DNA of 64,000 bases from Nitrospirota bacterium (GTDB lineage Bacteria; Nitrospirota; JACRHJ01), in assembly GCA_963845245.1 (NCBI GenBank), contig CAWJRJ010000022.1, positions 1-64,000 of the forward strand. Direction: 5' to 3'. The number at the start of each line of letters is the position of its first letter. Positions within the stretch are counted from its first letter, which is position 1. The translations under genes were made by a program, and so were the position numbers. Positions 1-15,790 of the stretch are shown here, piece by piece. The notes beneath the pieces were generated by a model, which was not told the origin of the DNA, made no database searches, and saw only the letters and a program-made list of their open reading frames with translations.

Positions 1-1757
<1,757 letters not shown>

Positions 1758-1784
1758 TTTTAAACCTCCATCAGACGTTTATTG

Positions 1785-5767
<3,983 letters not shown>

Positions 5768-5893
5768 CTACTCTCCTTGATACTTCGGTTTGTCCCCTCA
5801 CGGGGACCGTTTGTCTTTCAAACCAAAAAAGAAAACGCCGTCGGCCGAAGGGGACGCGTCCGCGCCCCCTTCAGACCAACAGCCGTTGTGTTA

Positions 5894-6274
5894 CTACTTG
5901 ATCTCTACGGAAGCGCCCTGCTCGACAAGCTTCGCCTTTATCGACTCGGCCTCGTCCTTGGACACGCCGCCCTTGATTTCTTTCGGGGCGCCGTCAACCA
6001 GGTCCTTCGCCTCCTTGAGGCCAAGGCCGGTCAGCTCACGCACGACCTTGATGACCTGTATCTTCTTGTCACCGGCGGCGGTAAGTATAACGTCGAAGGC
6101 GGTCTTCTCCTCTTCGGCGGCTGCGGGTGCAGCACCTGCGGCAGCGGCGACCGCAACCGGGGCGGCGGCGGTAACGCCGTACCTCTCCTCGAACTCCTTG
6201 ATGAACTCGCTCATCTGGAGTATGGTCATGTTGTCTATAAACCCAAATACCTGATCTTTAGTTACGTCTGCCAT
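5894..6274 (-). CDS. rplL: 50S ribosomal protein L7/L12
   Basis: Ala-rich hinge, [24 protein letters not shown]; between rplJ and rpoB. Confidence 0.98.
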   Translation of the reverse strand: MADVTKDQVFGFIDNMTILQMSEFIKEFEERYGVTAAAPVAVAAAAGAAPAAAEEEKTAFDVILTAAGDKKIQVIKVVRELTGLGLKEAKDLVDGAPKEIKGGVSKDEAESIKAKLVEQGASVEIK

Positions 6275-6309
6275 TTTATCGTCTCCTCATTCAAACTGTA
6301 AATTTTAAG

Positions 6310-6825
6310 TTATGCTTTTTTCTCTTTAAGCGCCGACAATGCGTAACCGAGCCTTGCCACGGTTGCGCTGAGCAGCCTTACCATCTGGCTTGCCGGAGCC
6401 TGGAAGCCCGCAGCCATCCTGGAAAGAAGCTCTTCACGGGACGGCAGGGATGCAATCGCCTTGAGCTGATTCTCGTCCGCCAGCTGTCCTTCGATAAGCC
6501 CTATCTTTACCTTCAGTTTGGCGTTCTTCTTGGCGAACTCCATTATCGCCTTTGAAGGCGACACCGGGTCTCCGTAACCCAGGACCATGCCTGTCGGTCC
6601 CTGCATGTGGTCCTTCAGTTTATCCGCGTCCGTTCCGGATGCGGCCCTGATCGCCAGGGTGTTTTTGACCACCCTGTATTCAAGCTGGTTCTTGCGGAGC
6701 TCGTTTCTGAGGTCCGTAATCTCGGCGACGGTAAGGCCCTTGTACTCGGTGAGTATCGTGGCCTTTGCCTTCTCGAACTTGCCGTGCAGCTCTTTGACTA
6801 ATTCCTGTTTCTGTTCCTTGTTCAT
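6310..6825 (-). CDS. rplJ: 50S ribosomal protein L10
   Basis: YKGLTVAEITDLR, VVKNTL, LPSREELL; canonical position. Confidence 0.97.
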   Translation of the reverse strand: MNKEQKQELVKELHGKFEKAKATILTEYKGLTVAEITDLRNELRKNQLEYRVVKNTLAIRAASGTDADKLKDHMQGPTGMVLGYGDPVSPSKAIMEFAKKNAKLKVKIGLIEGQLADENQLKAIASLPSREELLSRMAAGFQAPASQMVRLLSATVARLGYALSALKEKKA

Positions 6826-6869
6826 TAAACCCCCTTTCCAAGTCGAATGACAGGGAAAGCTTTAAGGTC

Positions 6870-6962
6870 TTTCCTTGCGTCTCGGCGGGAAGGCCACTGT
6901 TCGGCCAATTAAAGGACGGAGAACATAAACTCTTCCGCGTCCCTCCTGCTGTCTTCAACTCA
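6870..6962 (-). promoter_or_regulatory. L10 leader (r-protein autoregulatory RNA)
   Basis: Minus strand reads AAGACAGCAGG...TTTAAT...CCTTCCCGCCGAG upstream of rplJ, resembling the L10 leader pattern; boundaries approximate. Confidence 0.6.
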
Positions 6963-7001
6963 AGATTTCGTTTGCCTCTACAGGCTATCGACCTTTGTTA
7001 A

Positions 7002-7700
7002 TTATGATAACGACAACAGGGTCTGGGTGACGTCAACCCTTATGCCCGGGCCCATCGTAGTCGATACACATATCTTTTTCATGTATTTGCCCTTGCTGGT
7101 AGCGGGCTTCGCCTTCTGGAGCGCCTCGACGACGGACATGGCGTTCTCGACAAGCTGCTTCGGCTCGAAAGAGGCCTTGCCTATCCCGACGTGTACTATG
7201 CCGGCCTTTTCGACCCTGAACTCGACCTTACCGGCTTTTATCTCCTTGATCGCCTTGCCTATATCCATGGTGACCGTGCCGACCTTGGGGTTCGGCATGA
7301 GGCCGCGCGGGCCGAGGAGCTTGCCGAGCTTGCCGACCGAGCCCATCATGTCAGGAGTGGCGACGACGCGGTCGAAGTCCATCCAGCCGCCCTGTATCTT
7401 GGCAACGAGTTCGTCACCGCCAGAGAAATCGGCACCGGCATCCATCGCCTCCCTCTCCTTTTCGCCCTTTGCGAAGGCAAGTACCCTGACGGTCTTTCCG
7501 GTGCCGTGCGGCAGCGGCACAGAGCCCCTTACCATCTGGTCGGAACGCTTCGGGTCAACGCCCAGCATGACGACTATGTCGACCGACTCGTCGAACTTGG
7601 TGTACGAGCATTCCTTGGCAAGCGCCATCGCTTCATCGATGGTGTATGCCTTGTTCTTGTCAACCTTTGCCAGGCTGGCTTTCAGTTTTTTCTGCTTCAT
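7002..7700 (-). CDS. rplA: 50S ribosomal protein L1
   Basis: C-terminal part of ORF 7002-8234: [38 protein letters not shown] at 7700. Confidence 0.97.
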   Translation of the reverse strand: MKQKKLKASLAKVDKNKAYTIDEAMALAKECSYTKFDESVDIVVMLGVDPKRSDQMVRGSVPLPHGTGKTVRVLAFAKGEKEREAMDAGADFSGGDELVAKIQGGWMDFDRVVATPDMMGSVGKLGKLLGPRGLMPNPKVGTVTMDIGKAIKEIKAGKVEFRVEKAGIVHVGIGKASFEPKQLVENAMSVVEALQKAKPATSKGKYMKKICVSTTMGPGIRVDVTQTLLSLS

Positions 7701-7810
7701 TGAAGTATCCCTTTCGATGCTGGGCCGTGTAACGCTCTGCCCCTTAGTCTCCCGCCATGATAATGATGCCGATGCCCGGGCGGCGGTAGTTCCCGGCGGC
7801 CTGAAATGTA

Positions 7811-8234
7811 TTAGACTACTTCTATGCCCATGCTGCGGGCGGTGCCTTCGACGATCTTTATCGCGCCTGCTATGTCGACGGCGTTGATGTCCGGCATCTT
7901 GATCTTGGCGATATCTCGCGACCTGCGCCGCGGTGACCTTGCCGACCTTGTCCTTGCGGGGCGAGCCGGAGCCCTTGACGATACCGGCGGCCTTCTTCAG
8001 AAGCTCGGATGCCGGCTGGGTCTTCAGGACGAAGGTGAATGTCCTGTCGCTGTATATTGTGATGAGGACGGGGGTGATACCCTCCATACCCTGCGTCTGC
8101 GCGTTATAGTCCTTGCAGAACTGCATGATGTTGACGCCGTGCTGGCCGAGGGCCGGGCCCACCGGGGGGGCCGGGTTTGCCTTGCCCGCCGTTATCTGCA
8201 GCTTTACGTAACCTGTTATTTCCTTCTTTGGCAT
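7811..8234 (-). CDS. rplK: 50S ribosomal protein L11 (one apparent indel near 7915 creates a false fusion with rplA)
   Basis: [25 protein letters not shown]; the shifted frame ends [14 protein letters not shown] at 7811. Confidence 0.96.
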
Positions 8235-8343
8235 TTTATGGCACTCCTTATATTATTTTAATATCTTTAACCGTATATTAGAACCGTGCTGGCGGTAGAA
8301 GCGCACGGGACCCTCCCGCGCACCGCGTCGCATGGATTTTTTA

Positions 8344-8874
8344 TTATGCCTTTTCCACCTGCAGGAAATCGAGTTCCACCGGAGTGGCGCGGCCGAAGAT
8401 GGAGACCATTACCTTCAGCTTGCCCTGGTCGAGGTTTACTTCCTCGACCGTGCCGGTAAAGCTTACGAACGGCCCGTCTATTATACGCACGTTGTCTCCG
8501 TGGCTGAATGCCGCTTCCCTCTTGGCCGGGGTCGTGCCCTCGTCCATCTGGGTCCTGATGAGGCCGACCTCTTCCTCGGTGATCGGCGACGGCTTCTGCT
8601 TGTCGCCGACGAAACCGGTCACCTTGGGGGTGTCCTTTACCAGGTGCCAGGTCGAGTCGTCAAGCTCCATCTCCACCAGTATGTAGCCGGGGAAGAACTT
8701 GCGGGAAGAGGTCCGCTTTTTGCCGTTCCTGAGTTCCACCACGTCTTCGGTGGGCACCAGTATCTGGCTTATCTTGTCCTGAAGGCCCAGGGTTCTGGCC
8801 CGCTCCTCCATGCTCGCCTTTACCTTGCCCTCAAAACCGGAATAGGTATGTACCACATACCAAGCTTTTTCCAT
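8344..8874 (-). CDS. nusG: Transcription termination/antitermination factor NusG
   Basis: [24 protein letters not shown] motif [19 protein letters not shown]. Confidence 0.98.
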   Translation of the reverse strand: MEKAWYVVHTYSGFEGKVKASMEERARTLGLQDKISQILVPTEDVVELRNGKKRTSSRKFFPGYILVEMELDDSTWHLVKDTPKVTGFVGDKQKPSPITEEEVGLIRTQMDEGTTPAKREAAFSHGDNVRIIDGPFVSFTGTVEEVNLDQGKLKVMVSIFGRATPVELDFLQVEKA

Positions 8875-8900
8875 CTTCTCTCCAATATGCTCTGTATAAT

Positions 8901-9095
8901 TCAGTCTACCTGACGACTATGATTGGCTATCGCCTTGGACAGCGCCAAGTCGACAACGCCCAGAAAGACCGAAACGACTACGACCGAAAGTATTACGACG
9001 CTCGTGGAGCTTATGACCTCCTGGCGCGACGGGAATATAACCTTGCCAAGCTCGGTCTTCGACTCCTTCAGAAAATCTATTGACTTCTCCAGCAT
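8901..9095 (-). CDS. secE: Preprotein translocase subunit SecE
   Basis: [20 protein letters not shown] plus one TM helix; between tRNA-Trp and nusG; a 3' indel is likely (corrected end AIIVVR-TAG at 8906). Confidence 0.92.
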   Translation of the reverse strand: MLEKSIDFLKESKTELGKVIFPSRQEVISSTSVVILSVVVVSVFLGVVDLALSKAIANHSRQVD

Positions 9096-9150
9096 CGTAC
9101 GGTATCTCCTTCCGGAAACAGCGGCCCCCGTCAAGAGGGCCCCGGTAAAA

Positions 9151-9227
9151 TGGCAGGCCAGGAGGGATTCGAACCCCCAACACCCGGATTTGGAGTCCGG
9201 CGCTCTAACCGTTAGAGCTACTGGCCT
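9151..9227 (-). tRNA. tRNA-Trp(CCA)
   Basis: Reverse complement AGGCCAG...GGACT-CCA-AATCC...GGTTCGAATCC...CTGGCCTGCCA cloverleaf with encoded CCA. Confidence 0.97.
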
Positions 9228-9235
9228 GTACGCCT

Positions 9236-9388
9236 TTAGGCCTTTGTTTCCTTGTGCGCCGTGTGGTTCCTGCAGAACTTGCAGTACTTCTTGAGCTCAA
9301 GCTTCTCCGTCGTGTTCTTCTTGTTCTTCATGGTGGAGTAGTTGCGCTGTTTACAGGTCTGGCACGTAAGCAATATAATGTCCCGCAT
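9236..9388 (-). CDS. rpmG: 50S ribosomal protein L33, Zn-binding (C+) form; 50 aa, below the ORF track cutoff
   Basis: Manual translation [50 protein letters not shown]. Confidence 0.96.
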   Translation of the reverse strand: MRDIILLTCQTCKQRNYSTMKNKKNTTEKLELKKYCKFCRNHTAHKETKA

Positions 9389-9426
9389 TTTCTAAAGCTC
9401 CAATCTTTTATTTATTTAAAGTCCCT

Positions 9427-9457
9427 GTTACTTTCTCTTTACGAAGAGAGAAAGTAC
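9427..9457. repeat. Palindromic REP-like element GTTACTTTCTCTTT-ACG-AAGAGAGAAAGTAC
   Basis: Hairpin just downstream of the tuf stop; same family as 43671-43767. Confidence 0.7.
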
Positions 9458-9466
9458 GGTTTTGCA

Positions 9467-10666
9467 CTACTGTATTATATCAGCCACGACGCCCGCGCCG
9501 ACGGTACGGCCGCCCTCGCGGATGGCGAAGCGAAGCTCCTTCTCGCAAGCTATCGGCATGATCAGCTCGACTTCTATCGATACGTTGTCGCCAGGCATGA
9601 CCATCTCCACACCTTCAGGCAACGTCACAACGCCCGTAACGTCTGTCGTACGGAAGTAGAACTGCGGACGGTAACCCTTGAAGAACGGGGTATGACGACC
9701 ACCCTCTTCCTTCGTCAGGATGTACGCCTCGGCCTTGAACTTCGTGTGCGGGTTGATCGACTTCGGCTGTGCCAAAACCATGCCGCGCTCGACGTCGTCC
9801 TTCTTCGTGCCACGAAGCAGTACGCCGATGTTGTCGCCGGCCTGGCCCTGGTCAAGAAGCTTACGGAACATCTCAACACCCGTAACGATCGACTTCTGCG
9901 TGTCACGGATACCGACTATCTCGACTTCCTCGCCAACCTTGACAACGCCGCGCTCTACCCTGCCCGTTACAACAGTGCCGCGCCCGGATATCGTGAACAC
10001 GTCCTCGACAGGCATAAGGAACGGCTTGTCTATCGCACGCTCAGGCGTCGGGATGTAGCTGTCAACAGCGTCCATCAGCTCCCATATGCACTTGTACTCC
10101 TCGGCCGTCGGGTCCGTGCTGGCTGAAGAAAGGGCCTTCAACGCGCTGCCCTTGACGATTGGGATATCGTCGCCGGGGAAATCGTACTTGGAAAGAAGCT
10201 CGCGAAGCTCAAGCTCGACAAGCTCCAAAAGCTCGGGGTCGTCGACCATGTCTACCTTGTTCATGAACACTACTATATAAGGCACGCCGACCTGACGGGC
10301 AAGCAGGATGTGCTCGCGGGTCTGGGGCATCGGGCCGTCTGCTGCGGACACGACCAGGATCGCGCCGTCCATCTGCGCAGCACCCGTGATCATGTTCTTT
10401 ACATAGTCGGCATGGCCCGGGCAGTCAACATGAGCATAATGCCGCTTCGTGGTCTCGTACTCGACATGCGCCGTCGCTATCGTGATGCCGCGCTCACGCT
10501 CCTCGGGGGCCTTGTCTATCATGTCAAACGCGGTGAACTTCGCCTGGCCCTTCGTCGCCAAGGTCTTCGTTATCGCCGCCGTCAACGTCGTCTTGCCATG
10601 GTCAACGTGGCCTATCGTACCTACGTTAACATGGGGCTTCGTACGCTCAAATTTCTCTTTAGCCAT
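9467..10666 (-). CDS. tuf: Elongation factor Tu
   Basis: [49 protein letters not shown] at 10666 with AGGAGG SD. Confidence 0.99.
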   Translation of the reverse strand: MAKEKFERTKPHVNVGTIGHVDHGKTTLTAAITKTLATKGQAKFTAFDMIDKAPEERERGITIATAHVEYETTKRHYAHVDCPGHADYVKNMITGAAQMDGAILVVSAADGPMPQTREHILLARQVGVPYIVVFMNKVDMVDDPELLELVELELRELLSKYDFPGDDIPIVKGSALKALSSASTDPTAEEYKCIWELMDAVDSYIPTPERAIDKPFLMPVEDVFTISGRGTVVTGRVERGVVKVGEEVEIVGIRDTQKSIVTGVEMFRKLLDQGQAGDNIGVLLRGTKKDDVERGMVLAQPKSINPHTKFKAEAYILTKEEGGRHTPFFKGYRPQFYFRTTDVTGVVTLPEGVEMVMPGDNVSIEVELIMPIACEKELRFAIREGGRTVGAGVVADIIQ

Positions 10667-10771
10667 CGCTATTCCTCCTGAAAAAGGAAAACAGACGTAA
10701 GAGTACACACCTCCCTCGGGCCGGTTATTTCTCTAATACCTGCCTGGGTGCATACCCTTTCGCCAAAATTA

Positions 10772-10847
10772 TGGAGCCTATGTCCAGGATCGAACTGGAG
10801 ACCTCGTCATTACCAATGACGTGCTCTGCCAACTGAGCTACATAGGC
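10772..10847 (-). tRNA. tRNA-Thr(GGT)
   Basis: GCCTATG...CGTCATT-GGT-AATGACG...GTTCGATCC...CATAGGCTCCA. Confidence 0.97.
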
Positions 10848-10851
10848 GTTC

Positions 10852-12081
10852 TTACGTTCCTAAACTATTGCGCCAGAGGCTCTCAAAATCCGCCAGTGAA
10901 ATACCTGCCGCCTCGACCATCGCATCCGACAGGCCGCGTCCCTCTCCTAGAAGCTTTACCAGGTTGGAGAGGCTGTACATTCCGTACCTGTCAACGTAAA
11001 ACCTCACAGCCGATAATGACTCCGCATAGGCCTGCCTGACCTTACCCGGATCCCCTATACCCATGAACGACCCGGAAAGCGAGGAAAGCGGGATAAAATC
11101 ACCCCCTCTAACGTCCCCTTCCGGTTCCCGCGCCCACCTTTCCTCGTACTGGGCAATCCCCTCGTCGAGCCAGGTGGGTAACTTGTTACCCGCGATCGTG
11201 TGCAAGACCGCATGGGTAAATTCATGGTGAAGGACGGCCGAAAGCGCTGTGTTATCTATATGTCCGCCGACCGGGATCCTGATGTTGCCGTCAAAAATCC
11301 CGCCAGACCACGAAGGGGCGTCGGTTACGTCAACAAACTGCTTCCGGGTGTAAAGTATTACGTTTACCGGCTCCTTGAGGTAGTACCCCAAGTCGCCCCC
11401 GACATTTGTAGAAGCACTGTACAGGATGTTCAGGACCTCGTCGCCGAGTTCCCTCTTTTCCTCGCCTTCGTACCGGACATTAAAATAATATGTCTCACGC
11501 TTTGTAAAGGAACCCTCTACACCAAGTTCCTTCTTCGCCCTGGCAATCGACGCCTTGACGTCGTTGTTGTCAGGCTTTATCTCAAGGGCCAGCTCCCATT
11601 CCCTGATGGCTTCCCGGAGCTTACCCCTGTCGTAATTTATCTGTCCGAGCAACTCATGCGGCTGCTCGCCGTTCGGGTCGATATTTACGGCCTCGTTCAG
11701 GTAGTACAGCGCGTCGTCGCTGTTTTTAAGCCTGAACAGCGCGTAACCCAGTCCGAGATAGGTAGCCATCTCTTTTTTGGGCTCGACCAGCCTCGCCTTC
11801 TTGAAACATTCGATGGCGGAATCGAACTTCTCCCTGCCCGACAACTCCCAGCCCTTGCCATCGTACGCGAAGCCCAAAAGCCTTTTGAACTCGTCGTCGA
11901 AGGGGTCGGCTGCGGATGCCGGTTCAAGTATTTTTATCGCGCTCCCGAAATCTCTTGCGTTAAGCGCATTAATAGCCTGATTCTTAACAGCTTCTGTCTG
12001 AACTGACGCAAGGCATTCCATCCTTGCAGCGGTAAAGAAACAGAAGATAAACAGTACTACTTTAAGAGCAACACCCTTCAA
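10852..12081 (-). CDS. Secreted TPR-repeat protein with C-terminal peptidase MA-like (gluzincin) domain
   Basis: N-terminal signal-like hydrophobic stretch, several TPR repeats, HEFTH plus WLDEGIAQY zinc-ligand motifs. Confidence 0.85.
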   Translation of the reverse strand: MKGVALKVVLFIFCFFTAARMECLASVQTEAVKNQAINALNARDFGSAIKILEPASAADPFDDEFKRLLGFAYDGKGWELSGREKFDSAIECFKKARLVEPKKEMATYLGLGYALFRLKNSDDALYYLNEAVNIDPNGEQPHELLGQINYDRGKLREAIREWELALEIKPDNNDVKASIARAKKELGVEGSFTKRETYYFNVRYEGEEKRELGDEVLNILYSASTNVGGDLGYYLKEPVNVILYTRKQFVDVTDAPSWSGGIFDGNIRIPVGGHIDNTALSAVLHHEFTHAVLHTIAGNKLPTWLDEGIAQYEERWAREPEGDVRGGDFIPLSSLSGSFMGIGDPGKVRQAYAESLSAVRFYVDRYGMYSLSNLVKLLGEGRGLSDAMVEAAGISLADFESLWRNSLGT

Positions 12082-12117
12082 ATGGGAGCCCCTTTTGCCT
12101 CAAAGGCCCTGCCAAAA

Positions 12118-12193
12118 TGGAGCGGGCGACGGGATTCGAACCCGCGACCTCCAGCTTGGAAGGCTGGAGCTCTACCAGCTGAGCTACACCCGC
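12118..12193 (-). tRNA. tRNA-Gly(TCC)
   Basis: GCGGGTG...CCAGCCT-TCC-AAGCTGG...GGTTCGAATCCC...CCGCTCCA. Confidence 0.97.
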
Positions 12194-12203
12194 AAAGTTA
12201 CTA

Positions 12204-12290
12204 TGGTGGGGAGGGGAGGGTTCGAACCTCCGTAGGTGCAAGACCGGCAGATTTACAGTCTGCTGCCATTAACCGCTCGGCCACCTCCCC
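12204..12290 (-). tRNA. tRNA-Tyr(GTA)
   Basis: GGGGAGG...GCAGACT-GTA-AATCTGC, long variable arm, GGTTCGAACCC, CCA end. Confidence 0.97.
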
Positions 12291-12322
12291 GAAATTAACC
12301 TGCAGGAGCTTCAAGGCGGGAC

Positions 12323-12351
12323 ATTTTATAAAAGATTTAAGGTATTGTCAA
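12323..12351 (-). promoter_or_regulatory. Sigma70 promoter for tRNA-Tyr/Gly/(peptidase)/Thr/tuf
   Basis: TTGACA-17 nt-TAAAAT followed by a GC-rich discriminator. Confidence 0.8.
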
Positions 12352-12635
12352 CTATAAATACCGAAAATCTTGTCCCAATCTCGCCCCTCGCCTAAACTGA
12401 TGATGCCGGCGACGGTATCTGAAGCCGCGATACCCTGGATCCAAGACCTCTCCGCGATTTCAACCAACCTGCTGTTTTTTCGAGATATTTTCTTTTTTAG
12501 TCAGTAGGTGGCCTAATATTAAAATAGGCAACCTTATTGGAATCGGTGGTTTAACTCCCGATGTGCAGCTATGAATCTCTTATTTTGCCAGAAAATCAAT
12601 GGGTTTGTCAAGTTTAATTTAGCAGTAATGCTTAA

Positions 12636-12667
12636 TAAAAAGGGCTGCGAAAGGATTCGCAGCCCTT
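12636..12667 (-). terminator. Rho-independent terminator after tRNA-Thr(TGT)
   Basis: AAGGGCTGCGAA-TCCT-TTCGCAGCCCTT hairpin followed by a T-run on the minus strand. Confidence 0.85.
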
Positions 12668-12675
12668 AAAAATTC

Positions 12676-12751
12676 TGGTGCCGGCAACAGGGATCGAACC
12701 CGTGGCCTATTGATTACAAATCAATTGCTCTACCAGCTGAGCTATGCCGGC
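12676..12751 (-). tRNA. tRNA-Thr(TGT)
   Basis: GCCGGCA...ATTGATT-TGT-AATCAAT...GGTTCGATCCC...GCCGGCACCA. Confidence 0.97.
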
Positions 12752-12767
12752 CAAAATCAAGTTTTGC

Positions 12768-12796
12768 ATTTTATAGCAAGACTAAAATAATGTCAA
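12768..12796 (-). promoter_or_regulatory. Sigma70 promoter for tRNA-Thr(TGT)
   Basis: TTGACA-17 nt-TAAAAT; the -35 box overlaps the rlmB TGA stop. Confidence 0.8.
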
Positions 12797-14240
12797 GACT
12801 TTGCGGAGGCCGATTTCCTCTGCCTTACGACTTCATATAATAGCACGCCTGCCGCAACCGAGACATTGAGCGAAGACACCTTGCCCATCATCGGCAGATG
12901 AGACTATCTCGTCGCAGGCCTTCTCGACTATCGGCCTGATGCCGGTACCTTCGCTACCCATAACGGCGGCGATAGGCACCGTCATGTCGAAGGCGGTATA
13001 GTCCTTTTTGGACTCGCCTGAGAGCCCAATGACCCAGAAGCCCTTTTCCTTGAGGAAATCGATGTAGTTTACGAGGTTTGTGACCTTGCCCACCGGCATA
13101 TGCTCGAGGGCGCCCGCAGAGGCCCTGAGCGACCGCCGCCGTGAGGTGCGCGGCCCTGTGTTCCGGTATTATCACGCAGTCCACGCCCGCGGATTCTGCG
13201 GTACGTATGACAGCGCCAAGGTTATGCGGGTCTTCCACGCCGTCCAGGACCAGCACTATCGGGGCCTTCTTATTCTTAAGCGCTTCCTCGACTATCGCAT
13301 ACGGGTCGGAGTATTCCTTGGGAGCGACGATAGCAATTGCGCCCTGATGTCTGAGCAAGCCAGACAGGCTGTCGAGCGCGCTCTTGGGGACCATCTTGAC
13401 GGTTATACCTTTCCTTCTGGCCAGCCCGATAATCTCCTCGAACTGCTTGCCGCCCTTCTCGTGGTCAATAAGGATCGTGCCCACGGGACGCCCGCCGGAA
13501 CGCAGAAGCTCGATGACAGGGTTTAAGCCCATTACCTTCTCGTCAAGGTCTTGCAGGACCGGACGCTCATCCATCTTGCCGAAGGCCTCGGCAGACCTCT
13601 CGCCATGTTCCGTACGGGGGGGACGCGGCTCGGCAGGCCTATCATATCTGCCCGGCCTCTCGTAACGCTCACCACCAGAGGAGGCGGGCCTGCTGTATTC
13701 CGGCCTGCCAGAAGGGCGTTTATTATCTCTATCATAGCCTGCGCCGCCTGATGGAGCGGGCCTGCTTGGTCTGCGGGGAGCTTCATTCCTATTGTCTGGC
13801 CTGTTGTCCGGCCTGCTGTATTCCGGCCTGCCGGTGGGACGCCTGTTATCTCTATCATAGCCTGCGCCGCCTGATGGAGCGGGCCTGCTTGGCCTGCGGG
13901 GAGCTTCATTCCTGTTGTCTGGCCTGTTGTCCGGCCTGCTGTATTCAGGCCTGCCGGTGGGGCGTTTGTAATCTTTCTCGTATCCACCGCCACCTGATGA
14001 GGCCGGCCTGACGCTTCTTGTTGCTGGCTTGCCAGCACCGCGCCCAGTACCTGACGAAGCAGAGCCTCCCGTATTCCTGAAACCGCCGCCGGGTTTTGCT
14101 GAAGACGAGCCGCTGACTCTGCGTGCGCCGCCGCCTGGGGCAACCGGGCCGCCCCTCTTCTGTGCCACAGGCTGTCTCGCTCCGGACCTGCCCTTACCGC
14201 CGCCGCCCTTTGGCCCGCTGCCTACTCTTTTATCTGCCAT
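12793..14240 (-). CDS. rlmB: 23S rRNA Gm2251 methyltransferase (SpoU/TrmH family) with a very long disordered N-terminal extension; two apparent indels
   Basis: RHQGAIA, LDGVEDPHNLGAVIRTA, MGSEGTGIR, and SLNVSVAAGVLLYEV in the shifted frame; follows cysS. Confidence 0.9.
13688..13970. repeat. In-frame tandem repeat, 123-bp (41-aa) unit, about 2.3 copies, within the rlmB extension
   Basis: TGCTGTATTC recurs at 13691, 13814 and 13937; unit RPEYSRPDNRPDNRNEAPRRPSRPAPSGGAGYDRDNRRPTG. Confidence 0.95.
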
Positions 14241-15770
14241 TTTGTCCCTTCAGGTCCCGTCTAATAATTCTATCCCGGCTTTTGCCAACATATCCCTTAC
14301 CCTGTCCGCCTTCTTCCAGTCCTTGGTAAGGCGGGCATCCTTGCGGTCTTTTATCAGCCCATCTATCTGTATCGTTGAAATTACTCCGTTAGACAGGCTG
14401 TAGCCAAGCTCGCTGAATCCTTCCAGCAGGCCAGCCAATTCGTCCTCCGGCACTTTCAACTCGATTGCCTTGCCCGTCCTCCCAAACCATTCGTCCGGGT
14501 CGCGTTTGAAGAGGTTCAACACCCCGGCGGCCTCGGTCAATGCGGTCATCGCAAATGACAGGACGTCTTTGATGTGCTGGTCGCTTTGAAGAAGTTCCTG
14601 GTCGGTGGCGGCCCTGTTTATCTCGCGCACAAGCTCGAAAACAAGCCCAATTGCCGAGGCGGTGTTAAAGTCGTCGTCCATCGCATCCAGGAAGCCGGTT
14701 TTAAACGACTTTACTGCCTTGTGCAGTTCAAGCGCAATGGACGAAAGCTCTTCTTTGGCATATTCCGACGGACTGTGACCGGCAAGGGCACCGTTCAAGG
14801 CTTCGAGCATCGTGTAATATCTCTCCAGGCCCGCCCTAGCGTCCTGAAGGCTCTGGTCTGAGAAATCTATGGGGCTCCTGTATTGCGTGGAGAGCAGGAA
14901 GAACCTGATGACCTCCGGTTCGTAATTTTCCATTATCTCTTTTATCGTGAAGAAGTTCCCGAGGGACTTGGACATCTTCTCGCGGTTCACGTTCACAAAG
15001 CCGTTATGGAGCCAGTAGCGCGCAAACGGCTTGCCTGTCGCGGCCTCGGCCTGAGCTATCTCGTTTTCATGGTGCGGGAACTGGAGGTCCATACCGCCCG
15101 CGTGGATGTCGAAGGTGTCGCCCAGGTGCTTCGTGGACATGGCCGAGCATTCGATGTGCCAACCCGGCCTTCCGGGCCCCCACGGGGAATCCCACGCAGG
15201 CTCCCCCGGCTTTGAGGCCTTCCATAATACGAAGTCTAGCGGGTCTTTCTTTCGCTCGTCGACGTCCACCCTCGCACCGGAGACCATGTCGTCAATCGGC
15301 TTCTTGGATAATTTCCCGTAGCCCTTGAACTTCCTGACAGAGAAGAACACGTCGCCGCCGGATGCATATGCATAGCCCTTTTCTTCGAGGCGGCGGACCA
15401 TGTCTATTATCTCGGCAATGTGTTCGGTAGCCTTCGGTTCGACGTCCGGGCGTTCGACCCCAAGCTTGGCCATGTCCTTTATGTATTCATCCGTATACTT
15501 CTCGGCCAGCTCTTTCCAGGTAACACCAGTCTCTGCTGCCCTCTTTATTATCTTGTCGTCAATGTCCGTGAAGTTACGGACGTATTTAATCCTGTAGCCC
15601 TTGTGTTGGAGGTACTTCCGCACCACGTCGAATACGACGGCTCCGCGCGCATGGCCCAAGTGGCTGTGGTCATATACCGTGACACCGCAGGCGTAGATAC
15701 CCGCTTCACCTTCCTTGACAGGTACGAACTCTTCTTTGTGGCCCGTAAGCGTATTATATATCCTGAGCAT
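14222..15770 (-). CDS. cysS: Cysteinyl-tRNA synthetase
   Basis: CGVTVYD..HLGH, GRPGWHIECSAM, KMSKS; removing one G near 14257 restores the usual end DGPEGTKWQIKE*. Confidence 0.97.
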
Positions 15771-15790
15771 TTTCCCCGTTCTCAAAAAAA

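Noticed and set aside
7002..8234. Apparent L11-L1 fusion protein (410 aa)
   Set aside because: A single indel near 7915 explains it; the normal L11 end with TAA at 7811 and a separate rplA ATG at 7700 are present.
10848..12675. tRNA-targeted genomic island or prophage
   Set aside because: No integrase, no duplicated tRNA 3' end, and composition of the peptidase gene resembles the host.
13688..13970. CRISPR-like array or DGR repeat
   Set aside because: Contiguous in-frame 123-bp coding repeats without unique spacers; no cas or reverse transcriptase genes in the window.
14222..14260. TGA readthrough or selenocysteine at the end of cysS
   Set aside because: Removing one G restores the usual C-terminus; no recoding is needed.
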